37,833 nucleotides of DNA from Verrucomicrobiia bacterium (GCA_035605035.1 DATNHI010000168.1:1-37833), one strand, 5' to 3'; positions 7,046-15,599 are shown, counted from the first letter of the stretch. A program made the numbers and translations. The notes: generated by a model not told the origin, from the sequence alone.

Positions 7046-8080
7046 ATGAAACATCAGTTGGATTTCGAAAAGCCGATCATCGAACTGCAAGCCAAGCTGG
7101 ATGAACTCCGCGAACATCCGGAAAAACATTCGCTGGACATCAGCTTTGAAGAGGAAATTCAACTCATCGAAAAGAAGCTGGAGGAAACCCGCCGGCAGAT
7201 TTTTTCCAATCTCACCGCCTGGGAACGGGTGCAACTGGCGCGGCATCCGAAACGTCCCTATGTGTTGGATTATCTGCGGACGGCCTTCGCCGACTTTCAG
7301 GAACTGCACGGCGACCGCCTCTTTGCGGAGGATCACGCGGTGGTCGGCGGTTTCGCCAAGCTCGGTGAATATCGAGTGGTCGTCATCGGCACCCAAAAGG
7401 GCCGTGATACGAAGGAAAACATTTTGCGCAATTTCGGTTGCGCGCAGCCGGAAGGTTACCGCAAGGCGCTCCGGCTGATGCGGCTCGCCAGCAAATTCGG
7501 CCTGCCCATCATCACGCTCATTGACACGGCGGGCGCATTTCCCGGCATCGGCGCGGAGGAACGCCACATCGCCGAGGCCATCGCCGTCAATCTCCGCGAG
7601 ATGACGCTGTTCGAGGTGCCCATCATCGCCACCGTCATCGGCGAAGGCGGCTCGGGCGGCGCGCTGGGCATCGGCGTGGCTGACCGCACCTTGATTCTGG
7701 AGAACGCTTATTATTCGGTCATCAGCCCGGAAGGTTGCGCGGCGATTTTATGGAAGGACCGCGCCAACGCCGCCAAGGCCGCCGAAGCGTTGCGCATTAC
7801 GGCGAAGGATTTGCTCGAACTCAAATTGGTGGACGAAATCGTGCCCGAGCCGCTCGGCGGCGCGCATAACGACCCGGCCGCGACGGGCGAAAGTTTGAAA
7901 ACGCATTTACTCAAGCATCTCAATGAACTCCTGGCTCTGCCGGCCGCCGAGCGGTTGAAAAAGCGTTACGAAAAATACCGGGCGCACGGGCATTTCCTCG
8001 AAAAGGCCCCCACTCCGGCGGAAAAGGTCGAACCGGCCGTGAATGGCGCCGCCACCGCCACCGTTTCGCCAGCCGCGTAA
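7046..8080 (+). CDS. accA: acetyl-CoA carboxylase carboxyltransferase alpha subunit
   Basis: 344 aa. LDFEKPIIELQAKLDEL, ARHPKRPY, RNFGCAQPEGYRKALRLMRLASKFGLPIITLIDTAGAFPGIGAEERH and VIGEGGSGGAL are near-textbook AccA sequences. An in-frame TAA at 7031-7033 leaves ATG 7046 as the only ATG/GTG/TTG start in the remaining upstream frame. Confidence 0.95.
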   Translation: MKHQLDFEKPIIELQAKLDELREHPEKHSLDISFEEEIQLIEKKLEETRRQIFSNLTAWERVQLARHPKRPYVLDYLRTAFADFQELHGDRLFAEDHAVVGGFAKLGEYRVVVIGTQKGRDTKENILRNFGCAQPEGYRKALRLMRLASKFGLPIITLIDTAGAFPGIGAEERHIAEAIAVNLREMTLFEVPIIATVIGEGGSGGALGIGVADRTLILENAYYSVISPEGCAAILWKDRANAAKAAEALRITAKDLLELKLVDEIVPEPLGGAHNDPAATGESLKTHLLKHLNELLALPAAERLKKRYEKYRAHGHFLEKAPTPAEKVEPAVNGAATATVSPAA

Positions 8081-8086
8081 AACCCA

Positions 8087-9058
8087 GTGCTCTATCCGCT
8101 CACCTTCCATCCGATTTTCAAGGAGCGCGTTTGGGGCGGGCGCAAGCTCGAACTGCTTTACAAAAAAAATTTGCCGCCGGGCGCGCCCATCGGCGAATCC
8201 TGGGAAATCAGCGACCGGCCGGGTGATGTGAGCGTGGTCGCCAACGGTCCGCTCGCGGGAAAAAATCTGCATTGGCTGATGGAAAACCACGCAGGTGAAT
8301 TGCTTGGCGACGCGAAACCGGCAGCGGGAAACCGTTTTCCCTTGCTCTGCAAAATACTTGATGCGCGGGAAAAGCTGTCGTTGCAAGTCCATCCGCCGGC
8401 CAACCAGGCCGCTGAACTCGGCGGCGAACCGAAGACCGAGATGTGGTACATCACCGATGCCGCGCCGGGCGCGGAACTGTTCGTCGGACTCAAACGCGGC
8501 GTCACGCGCCCTGAATTTGAAAAGAAAATCCAGACCGGTAGCGTGGCTGATTGTTTCCACCGGATTTCCGTTCGCGCGGGCGACGCCATGTTTCTGCCCA
8601 GCGGCCGGGTTCACGCCATCGGCGCGGGAGTAGTGATTTTTGAAATTCAGCAAAACTCGGACACGACGTACCGCGTTTTCGATTGGAATCGCGTCGGGCT
8701 GGACGGCAAGTCGCGCGAAATGCATATAGCCCAATCGCTGGCGAGCATTGATTTCAACGATTTCGAGCCGGCGCTGGCTCAAGGCAAGTTGGCCGGCCAG
8801 GAAATCAAAACGCGACCGCTTGTGAAGGATCGGTTGTTCAACGTCGAAGCGATGGAGATGAAGAGCGGTGCGAGACTGGATTTGAAACCGCGCAAACTTC
8901 AAATCATCGCCGCTGTGCGGGGCCGGCTTGAAATCCGAAGCAATTTGATTTCAGTGGAACTCTCCGCCGGACAATTTTGTCTGATTCCAGCTTGTCTGGA
9001 GCAGACGGAAATTTCGGCCAAAGCGAAAACGACCCTGCTGCAGGTTGAAGCCAACTAA
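8087..9058 (+). CDS. manA: type I phosphomannose isomerase (mannose-6-phosphate isomerase)
   Basis: 323 aa with a GTG start at 8087. Strings present: KERVWGG, GESWEIS, cupin metal-site strings LSLQVHP and EMWYI, and VHAIGAG. This matches the short bacterial class-I PMI layout. Confidence 0.85.
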   Translation: MLYPLTFHPIFKERVWGGRKLELLYKKNLPPGAPIGESWEISDRPGDVSVVANGPLAGKNLHWLMENHAGELLGDAKPAAGNRFPLLCKILDAREKLSLQVHPPANQAAELGGEPKTEMWYITDAAPGAELFVGLKRGVTRPEFEKKIQTGSVADCFHRISVRAGDAMFLPSGRVHAIGAGVVIFEIQQNSDTTYRVFDWNRVGLDGKSREMHIAQSLASIDFNDFEPALAQGKLAGQEIKTRPLVKDRLFNVEAMEMKSGARLDLKPRKLQIIAAVRGRLEIRSNLISVELSAGQFCLIPACLEQTEISAKAKTTLLQVEAN

Positions 9059-9279
9059 ACTTTCGTCTGCGTTGAATACAAGGCGTAATCAGAAGGCTTG
9101 ATTCGCTTCCATTCGCTTTGAAATTCGCGCCACATTTTGCACCGGATGCGGAATTTCTGAAGCCAGTTGGCGCCGGCAAGTTCGCCGGCATGCCCGGCCT
9201 GGATTGACTTGCGCAAGGCCTGTTTTGTTCCCTGAAGCCTGGCCCTCGAGGCCCCGTCCGCCACGAAGCGGCTTTTCAT
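9055..9279 (-). CDS. hypothetical small protein (74 aa)
   Basis: The ATG (complement of 9277-9279) lies 11 nt downstream of the yqgE stop on the same strand. Codon third positions are GC-rich like the neighbours. No family recognised. It converges on and overlaps the manA stop by 4 nt. Confidence 0.35.
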   Translation of the reverse strand: MKSRFVADGASRARLQGTKQALRKSIQAGHAGELAGANWLQKFRIRCKMWREFQSEWKRIKPSDYALYSTQTKV

Positions 9280-9290
9280 AAATTAATGCT

Positions 9291-9872
9291 TCAATTCCAG
9301 GCCAGGTTTTCCGGCATTTGCGAGAGCAGTTTATTCCGCCAGCCGCCCTTGCGCTTGAGAATTCTCGACCAGAGTTGTTCGGCAGGCGTGTCAAAAACCA
9401 ACTCGAGCGACGCGGGAAATGTCACCCAGGCTTTGCGTTTGATTTCGTCTTCGAGCTGTCCGGCCGACCAGCCGGCGTAACCCGCGAACAGTTTTACCTT
9501 TTTCTGAGTGGAAAATGATTCGCCGACCTCCACCAGATCGTCGAGCGAATGGCCGAGCGCCAGATTCGGCAACACGTCAGCATCAGGAATGAAATTGTCC
9601 GTGTGCAAAAAGCTCAACGCGGTGGGCTGGACCGGTCCGCCGAGATACAGCGGCGATTCCCGGAGCGTGTCAGGCAAATCGGCGACGATCATCTCGCCGA
9701 CCTTTTTGCCGAGCGAGCGGTTGAGGACGAGACCGAACGCGCCCTCGGCGTCATGCTGGCAGATCAGCACGACCGTGCGCTGGAAAAAGGAGCCGCCCAG
9801 TTGTCCGCTGTCCAGCAACAACTGGCCTTTGAGGAATTTTCCCGGCGTGTTCACCAGCTTAATTTGCACCAC
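9291..9872 (-). CDS. yqgE: YqgE/AlgH family protein (UPF0301)
   Basis: 193 aa. Family-typical strings: FQRTVVLICQHDAEGAFGLVLNR, LYLGGPV, FAGYAGWSAGQLEDEI, W. The start is a GTG (complement of 9870-9872), so the exact start is uncertain. Confidence 0.85.
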   Translation of the reverse strand: MVQIKLVNTPGKFLKGQLLLDSGQLGGSFFQRTVVLICQHDAEGAFGLVLNRSLGKKVGEMIVADLPDTLRESPLYLGGPVQPTALSFLHTDNFIPDADVLPNLALGHSLDDLVEVGESFSTQKKVKLFAGYAGWSAGQLEDEIKRKAWVTFPASLELVFDTPAEQLWSRILKRKGGWRNKLLSQMPENLAWN

Positions 9873-10016
9873 CTTTGCCCGGCTGGCAAAAAGAAAACCG
9901 CCCGGGCCGCCGACGCAAAGAAAAACCGGCCTTTTTCTCTATTTTTCCAACACCACCGGGGTGTTCAGCCAAGGCGTCAAGGAAACCACTACCTCGCCGT
10001 TCAGGTGCCGCGAAAT

Positions 10017-11159
10017 TCATTTGGACGGCAACGAAAGTTCCTGTTCCTTGCCGGAGCTCAAATTTTGGATGCGAACCGATTTTTCCCGGATCTCCAGGCA
10101 ACGGATCGTCACGTTTGTATTCCCCAGTTGCACCTGTTCTAAATCGTTGGCCAGGAAGGAATGGCCGTTAATGATGGCCACGGGCCGGTTCCCCCACAAA
10201 ATTCCTTCCAGTTTGATGGTCGTCGGGGCGGGCGCGGGTTTGGAGGCGGCCTTGTTCGTGCCAGGGAAAGCCACCCGGCTGCTGGCAACCGTTTTTGCCG
10301 ATGGTATCTGGACGTCCCGGATTTCGTCCACGTGCCCTGCTTCCAATTGCGATGCCACACCGTATTTCATCCAATCCAGAACTTCATCGAATCCAAAACG
10401 CTGCTCGGCTTCGATGAACAAATCAATCTGGCCCCGGGTGTAATGATTTTGCAGCACCCGTTTTTTTTCCACCTCTTCGTGTTGTGAATCCATCAACAGA
10501 TAACCGACCAGTTCGCAAAAACCCTCCTCGGCGTCCCGACCCAATCTCGCTCTTCGTTCCTTTGGCACATTTTCGCCCACCCAGGCATGGGAATATTCGT
10601 GGGCACAGGTTTCTTTCAATTGGGCCAGCGGCATCCCGATCAGGAGCCCGATTTTGTATCGGGTCCGGCCGTTGACCGTTTCGGGGCGCGTACAACCCAG
10701 CAGGTCGGGACTTTCAAACGCGTTGCCTTCGGTATTAAACATGGAAGCCACATCTACCCGGTCAAGGACCGTGACATCCACATCCGTCGGGAACGACAGG
10801 AACCGGGAAAACAGCCGGTCGAGGTCATCCTTCACCCGGGCACAGTCCTGTTTGATGTCATCCGCATCCAAAACCACCGTTTTGGCATCCCGGGCGCAAA
10901 GCCAGCGGCCGTCCGGCAATTGAATACCGCCGTCCTTGACCGGCATTCCGCAGATGGAACACGTGGGCAACTTGAGGCAGTCGGAACAAACCTCTTTTTT
11001 TTCACCGGTGACCTTGTCGGTCATGACAGCGATCGTCCCGCCGTATATGGGCTTGCCACAAATGGCGCAGACATTGTCCGCCCGCGCGCCAAGGAACGCG
11101 CCGAAGCAAAAACACGCCATCCAAAAGATTATCCAAAGATATCTCGCGCGGTGTTGCAT
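10017..11159 (-). CDS. secreted/membrane-anchored DA1-like zinc metallopeptidase with LIM-like Cys clusters
   Basis: 380 aa with a hydrophobic N-terminus (YLWIIFWMACFCFGAFLGA). Paired CxxC motifs are present (CAICGKP...CSDCLKLPTCSICGMP...LCARD), followed by the HExxH motif in CAHEYSHAWVGE and EEGFCELVGY. The C-terminal ~70 aa (LEGILWGNRPVAIINGHSF...) is a small beta domain. Confidence 0.65.
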   Translation of the reverse strand: MQHRARYLWIIFWMACFCFGAFLGARADNVCAICGKPIYGGTIAVMTDKVTGEKKEVCSDCLKLPTCSICGMPVKDGGIQLPDGRWLCARDAKTVVLDADDIKQDCARVKDDLDRLFSRFLSFPTDVDVTVLDRVDVASMFNTEGNAFESPDLLGCTRPETVNGRTRYKIGLLIGMPLAQLKETCAHEYSHAWVGENVPKERRARLGRDAEEGFCELVGYLLMDSQHEEVEKKRVLQNHYTRGQIDLFIEAEQRFGFDEVLDWMKYGVASQLEAGHVDEIRDVQIPSAKTVASSRVAFPGTNKAASKPAPAPTTIKLEGILWGNRPVAIINGHSFLANDLEQVQLGNTNVTIRCLEIREKSVRIQNLSSGKEQELSLPSK

Positions 11160-11252
11160 GGTTTACTCCGTTTTCCAAAAAGGCCTGGACGGCGACGAAC
11201 CGGCATTGGTCCGTCACCGAATGTAACCAGAAAGCACCTCCCGCGCCAAAAA

Positions 11253-13091
11253 TCAGCCCAAGGATTTGACTTTTTTGACTATGGCCGCGGCGTCAATGCC
11301 GAAGTGTGCGAGCAACTCCTCAGCCTTGCCGGAACGCGGCAACGCGGTGACCGCAAGTTTGTGGACTTTGATGCCGGCGGGGCTGAGTTCGCCCGCCACC
11401 GCGTCACCCAGACCGCCTTCGGCGTAATGGTCTTCGACGGTAATCACAGTATTATTTGACTTCTGCGCCGCGACGCGAATCACGTCCCTGGCCAGCGGTT
11501 TGATGCTGTAGGCGTCAATCACCGTGATCCCGATGCCTTCGTTCTTGAGCGCATCGGCGGCCTTGAGGGCTTCAAACAGGGTGACACCGGCGGCCACGAC
11601 GGTAGCTTTATCGCCGGCGTTCTGGCGCAATATCTTGGCGCCGCCAATCGGAAAGGCTTCTTCGTTTTTGTAAATCACCGGCGTTTTGGGCCGCGACGTG
11701 CGCAAATAACAAATGCCTTTGGCGAGGGCCATCTGTTCGACGAGTTTTTCCGCACTGACCGCGTCGCATGGATACAACACCGTGCTGCCCGCAATCGCGC
11801 GCATCATCGCCATGTCCTCCAGACCCATCTGCGAAGGGCCGTCCTCGCCGATACTCACGCCGACGTGCGAGCCGGCTAGTTTCAGGTTGGCCTGCGAAAT
11901 GCCCGCAACGCGGATTTGATCGTAAGCGCGCGTGAAGAAACAGGCGAACGTGGAGGCAAAGGGCACCTTGCCACGCGCGCCGCAACCGACGGCAACGCCG
12001 ACCATGTTTTGCTCGGCAATGAAACACTCGGTGAACCGCGCGGGGAATTTCTTCATGAATTTTTCCGAGTAAGTGGAATTCTTCGTGTCGCCGTCCATCG
12101 CGACAATGCGTTGGTCCACCTCGCCGATGCGGGCGAGCGCATTGCCGTAAGCCTCGCGCGTGGCCACCGCCTCGCCGGGTTTGTAGGTGACCGGCGGGTA
12201 GCCGGCGGGCGCGGCATTGTTCGGGGCCGGCAACTGATTTGGCGCCGGAATGGCCACCCCGGCGGCGGACTTGGCAACCGGCTGCAGTTCGGCGATGGCC
12301 TTGACGGCTTCCTCCTTGTTCAGCGGTTTGCCATGCCAGCCGTCCCGGTCCTGTAAAAATGAAACGCCGGCGCCCTTGTAAGTTTTGGCGATGATGGCCA
12401 GCGGTTGGTCGTTGAGGCCGACACCGCTGAGCACTTCCAGAATTTCCTCAATGTCGTGCCCGTCAATGTCCTCGACGCGCCAGCCGAACGCTTCAAAGCG
12501 TTTGCGGTAAACCCCGATGTCATGGCCGAACGCGGTGGCCTGGCTCTGGCCGAGGCGGTTGGCGTCCACAACGGCGATCAAATTATTGAGTTTGTAAACG
12601 CCGGCGAGCGACGCGGCTTCCCACACGCCGCCCTCGGCGATTTCGCCGTCACCGAGCAGGACGTAGGTGTTGTAATCCAGCTTGTCGAAACGCGCGGCCA
12701 GCGCCATGCCGACCCCGACGCTCAAGCCCTGGCCAAGCGAACCGGTGGCCACGTCCACGAACGGCAGGCGCGGCGTCGGATGGCCTTCGAGGTCGGAGCC
12801 GTACTTGCGGAGCGTCAATAAATCGGCGGCGGGAAACAAACCGGTTTCCGCCCACGCGGCGTAAAGAATCGGCGCGGCGTGCCCCTTGGAAAGAATGAAC
12901 CGGTCGTTGTTGTAATAGTGCGGATTTTTCGCGTCGTAACGCATGTGCCCGAAAAACAGCGCCGCCATCACGTCCGCGGCGGACAGGCACGAAGTCGGAT
13001 GGCCGCTGCCGGCGGCGGTGGTGGCGTTAATCGAATGAATGCGCAACTGGTTCGCAATGCCCTTCAACAATTCAATGTCAGTATCAATCAT
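11253..13091 (-). CDS. tkt: transketolase
   Basis: 612 aa. Motifs present: AGSGHPTS, SKGHAAP, LGQGLSVGVGMA, GDGEIAEGGVWEA (TPP motif), GEDGPSQMGLEDMAMMR. Confidence 0.95.
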   Translation of the reverse strand: MIDTDIELLKGIANQLRIHSINATTAAGSGHPTSCLSAADVMAALFFGHMRYDAKNPHYYNNDRFILSKGHAAPILYAAWAETGLFPAADLLTLRKYGSDLEGHPTPRLPFVDVATGSLGQGLSVGVGMALAARFDKLDYNTYVLLGDGEIAEGGVWEAASLAGVYKLNNLIAVVDANRLGQSQATAFGHDIGVYRKRFEAFGWRVEDIDGHDIEEILEVLSGVGLNDQPLAIIAKTYKGAGVSFLQDRDGWHGKPLNKEEAVKAIAELQPVAKSAAGVAIPAPNQLPAPNNAAPAGYPPVTYKPGEAVATREAYGNALARIGEVDQRIVAMDGDTKNSTYSEKFMKKFPARFTECFIAEQNMVGVAVGCGARGKVPFASTFACFFTRAYDQIRVAGISQANLKLAGSHVGVSIGEDGPSQMGLEDMAMMRAIAGSTVLYPCDAVSAEKLVEQMALAKGICYLRTSRPKTPVIYKNEEAFPIGGAKILRQNAGDKATVVAAGVTLFEALKAADALKNEGIGITVIDAYSIKPLARDVIRVAAQKSNNTVITVEDHYAEGGLGDAVAGELSPAGIKVHKLAVTALPRSGKAEELLAHFGIDAAAIVKKVKSLG

Positions 13092-13160
13092 GGAGCGCGA
13101 AAATTACGTGAGAACCCGGCCAAAGCCAAGAATGAAAATTGCCCCGCGAACGCCGACATA

Positions 13161-13185
13161 GGGGTCAGTCCCGGCTATTGTAGAA
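13161..13185 (+). repeat. REP-like 25-mer, copy 1
   Basis: GGGGTCAGTCCCGGCTATTGTAGAA, read directly from the sequence. Confidence 0.9.
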
Positions 13186-13187
13186 CA

Positions 13188-14108
13188 TTATCCTCGTTTC
13201 AAGCAATTGGCCACCGTATGCCGGCACCCCATCTGCAAACGCTGCGCCACCCAATCCAACGTCATCACCGTCTCCGCCCGCAAACGCGCCGCGAGTTTTA
13301 CCTTGTTCGCGTCGGTTTTGCGACGCTGCTTCAAATCCTGCTCCGTCCACCGTCGTTTCCGCAATTCCTCCAGCACCAGGCGTTGTGCCTTCTGCTCATC
13401 GGTCTCCCGCTTTTCCTCTCCGCCATGATTTTTACTCATTCCGGTGCTCATCATTTCCAATAGCTGTTCCCTCATTTGGGCGCTACCCAAAAACCACCCG
13501 CGCCGCACCTGTTTCCACTCTCCCGGCTGGTCTTTCCCACGCCGTTCTGCCATCACCTGCGCCAATTGACGCCGCCCCGCCCTATCATCCCGCCGGATCC
13601 CAAGTTCACCCAGCAGCCGGTCCACCCGCAACCAGACTGGCCGCCGTCCAGTCCGTTTCAAATACTCCGGATAACTGCTCCAGCGATATTCCTCAAGCGG
13701 CTGCTCCAGCCCCAGCAATTTGGCGCGCACTGGATTCAGATGAACGTAATCGCAAACTGTTCGCAGATAACCGTCGCCGCTGCCATCCACAATCAATGAT
13801 TTGTAGCGGCCGCTGAACAAATGGCCAAAGAGCTTGTGCCGCCGGTTGAAGCGCGACGTATAGGTGCCCAGAAACCATTTCATGCCGGCGACCAGGTTGG
13901 CGTTGGGAGTTTCCACGACCAGATGAAAATGGTTCAGCATTAAACAATAGGCATGCACCTGCCAACCCGTTTTGGCGCACGCCTGCCCGAGGGTTTCCAG
14001 AAAGCGCCGGCGATCCTGATCGTCTTTGAAAATGGGTTCCCGCCGATCTCCGCGATTCATGACGTGATAGATGGCACCGGGATATTGAACTCGCAATTTG
14101 CGCGCCAT
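13188..14108 (-). CDS. REP-associated tyrosine transposase (RAYT, IS200/Y1_Tnp-like) with C-terminal HTH
   Basis: The preferred ATG (complement of 14106-14108) gives MARKLRVQYPGAIYHVMNRG. The HUH motif is in CLMLNHFHLVVE and the catalytic Tyr context is CDYVHLNPVRA. The C-terminal segment KVKLAARLRAETVMTLDWVAQRLQMGCRHTVANCL resembles a DnaA domain-IV-type HTH (from memory). Confidence 0.85.
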   Translation of the reverse strand: MARKLRVQYPGAIYHVMNRGDRREPIFKDDQDRRRFLETLGQACAKTGWQVHAYCLMLNHFHLVVETPNANLVAGMKWFLGTYTSRFNRRHKLFGHLFSGRYKSLIVDGSGDGYLRTVCDYVHLNPVRAKLLGLEQPLEEYRWSSYPEYLKRTGRRPVWLRVDRLLGELGIRRDDRAGRRQLAQVMAERRGKDQPGEWKQVRRGWFLGSAQMREQLLEMMSTGMSKNHGGEEKRETDEQKAQRLVLEELRKRRWTEQDLKQRRKTDANKVKLAARLRAETVMTLDWVAQRLQMGCRHTVANCLKRG

Positions 14109-14113
14109 GCCGC

Positions 14114-14467
14114 CTATACTCTCGACACAAGCAGGGGAGTCAAGCAAATTCTACAATAGCCGGGACTGACACCTTCCTGATACTCCTTAGTGAAATCTAC
14201 TTCGACTGGGGCATAAAAAGTCTCTCCATCTAAAGCCGTGAAAGATTTAGAATTCTCAGGCGGATTGCCCCCCATCTGGTGAATCGCCTTAGTCGCCTCA
14301 TAATAGTCGCCCGCCTCCGAATCCCAAGTGTTCAAATGAGTGTCCCAGTATATCTTCCATGAAACACCGTACTGGATGCCCCTGGCAAATTCCGCAGTTT
14401 GCTGGTCTTGGCTCCATGCAGCAGGCAAAGAGCAAAGCAGCAAGATAAATGTAAATCGCATTTTCAT
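14114..14467 (-). CDS. small secreted hypothetical protein; its 3' end reads through REP copy 2
   Basis: 117 aa with ATG at 14465-14467 and a signal peptide MKMRFTFILLLCSLPAAWS/QD. Codon usage is visibly AT-richer than the neighbours. Codons for ...GVSPGYCRI... are the REP 25-mer itself, so the original C-terminus is unclear. Confidence 0.45.
   Translation of the reverse strand: MKMRFTFILLLCSLPAAWSQDQQTAEFARGIQYGVSWKIYWDTHLNTWDSEAGDYYEATKAIHQMGGNPPENSKSFTALDGETFYAPVEVDFTKEYQEGVSPGYCRICLTPLLVSRV
14149..14173 (-). repeat. REP-like 25-mer, copy 2 (inverted)
   Basis: The plus-strand sequence TTCTACAATAGCCGGGACTGACACC is the reverse complement of GGTGTCAGTCCCGGCTATTGTAGAA. Confidence 0.9.
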
Positions 14468-14514
14468 GGCGACTTGAGCGAGTAGAAATCGTTACCAGCA
14501 ATATTCCCCAAAAA

Positions 14515-14539
14515 GGTGTCAGTCCCGGCTATTGGAATA
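14515..14539 (+). repeat. REP-like 25-mer, copy 3
   Basis: GGTGTCAGTCCCGGCTATTGGAATA. The first 20 nt are identical to the reverse complement of copy 2. Confidence 0.9.
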
Positions 14540-14777
14540 TTCGGTTGCACTTGGTTATGTTGAACCAACGGTGGTTATCTAACCTCTAACACGGATAGTG
14601 TCAACACCACTTATTCACAAGCGGGTTACAATTATAAAACAGAGACTTTTCTTCGGATTGGGTGCGTCGCGGGGAATTACCCGGCTGATATCGGAAGCGT
14701 TACGAAACGAACCGGAACGCCGGTCGCCTCATCCCTGAAGAAAGTGGTTACGGGTGCGGGCACACATCAATGATGTG

Positions 14778-15212
14778 CTATATTCGATGTTCAGCGGATG
14801 CCGCATGGCGCGTGCCCGGAGCATCGCCACACAGCCGGCTCAAGCGGGTTTCCACTGATTCATGCACCAACTCCTGTATGGCGTTCAACAGTTCAGTCAC
14901 GTCGAGGGGTTTTTCCATCAGCGCGCCGACACCGGCCGCCACGGCCATGTCGTGTTGATTGGCCGGTCCGGTGATAACTATGATCGGGAGCATGGGAGCC
15001 TGGTTGGTAATGCACTCGAAGGTGTCCCATCCGTTCCTGACCGGCAGTCCAATGTCCAGCAGCACCAAATCAACGCGTTCGCCTTCGAATTGCTCCACCG
15101 CTTCCCGACCATCTGCCGCCAAAGCGACTTCGTAACCCGCGTCCACCAGGACCTTGCGTAAAGATTTACGCACACTGGCGTCGTCATCCACGACCAGAAT
15201 TTTTTCTTTCAT
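14778..15212 (-). CDS. single-domain response regulator (CheY-like receiver)
   Basis: 144 aa. KILVVDDD, DLVLLDIGLPVRNG (phospho-Asp context), PIIVITG and MEKPL together make a complete REC signature. No output domain is present. Confidence 0.9.
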   Translation of the reverse strand: MKEKILVVDDDASVRKSLRKVLVDAGYEVALAADGREAVEQFEGERVDLVLLDIGLPVRNGWDTFECITNQAPMLPIIVITGPANQHDMAVAAGVGALMEKPLDVTELLNAIQELVHESVETRLSRLCGDAPGTRHAASAEHRI

Positions 15213-15543
15213 CGGCTGCGGGTTGGTTCAACCTCAACCCGCGAGTCGCCGGTTTGGCCGTCAGAACCCAAGTGTCATTTCCGTCTTCCGTCTGATTACG
15301 GCCTCTCCGGCGAATTTCCAGGGCTTCTTTGCAGACCAGCCAATCCCGCAAGGAACCCGGGAGACGGGCATGGTCGTGGTGCGCGGGCGTGTTGGCAGAA
15401 ATGGACGCGGTCGCGATCGGGTCCGAGGCGACACGTGGGAAAAAGGGGCTGACGTCCTGAGCGCTGTCGGCGACACCCGATTTGGCCGGCGGCGCGGGAA
15501 AGAACACGGAGTCGTAAGCACCAGGAACAATTTGCGTTTTCAT
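15184..15543 (-). CDS. hypothetical protein (119 aa), upstream of and overlapping the receiver gene
   Basis: ATG at 15541-15543. The first ~75 codons have strongly GC-rich third positions like real genes here. No family recognised. It overlaps the regulator start by 29 nt, so the true 3' end is uncertain. Confidence 0.4.
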   Translation of the reverse strand: MKTQIVPGAYDSVFFPAPPAKSGVADSAQDVSPFFPRVASDPIATASISANTPAHHDHARLPGSLRDWLVCKEALEIRRRGRNQTEDGNDTWVLTAKPATRGLRLNQPAADERKNSGRG

Positions 15544-15583
15544 GGGACTGAAATTTGTAGTTGTTATCGGTTTGGACTATACT

Positions 15584-15599
15584 TGGCCCCGCTCTTGCA
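15584..15599 (+). promoter_or_regulatory. sigma54-type promoter candidate for the kinase/activator operon
   Basis: TGGCCC-cgctc-TTGCA, with GG at 15585-86 and GC at 15597-98 (exact GG-N10-GC spacing). It lies ~90 nt upstream of the kinase ATG. Confidence 0.5.

Larger units (their letters stand above)
13161..14173 (-). mobile_element. REP/RAYT unit: IS200-like Y1 transposase gene bracketed by inverted 25-mers
   Basis: GGGGTCAGTCCCGGCTATTGTAGAA at 13161-13185 matches the reverse complement of 14149-14173 (GGTGTCAGTCCCGGCTATTGTAGAA) at 24/25 positions. The pair flanks the transposase CDS within 3 nt of its stop and 40 nt of its start. Confidence 0.75.

Noticed and set aside
14763-14777. Perfect inverted repeat CACATCA-a-TGATGTG abutting the stop codon of the receiver gene
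   Set aside because: The 1-nt spacer precludes an RNA hairpin terminator. It could be a dimeric protein-binding site, but it occurs only once and has no context, which is too weak to report as a finding.
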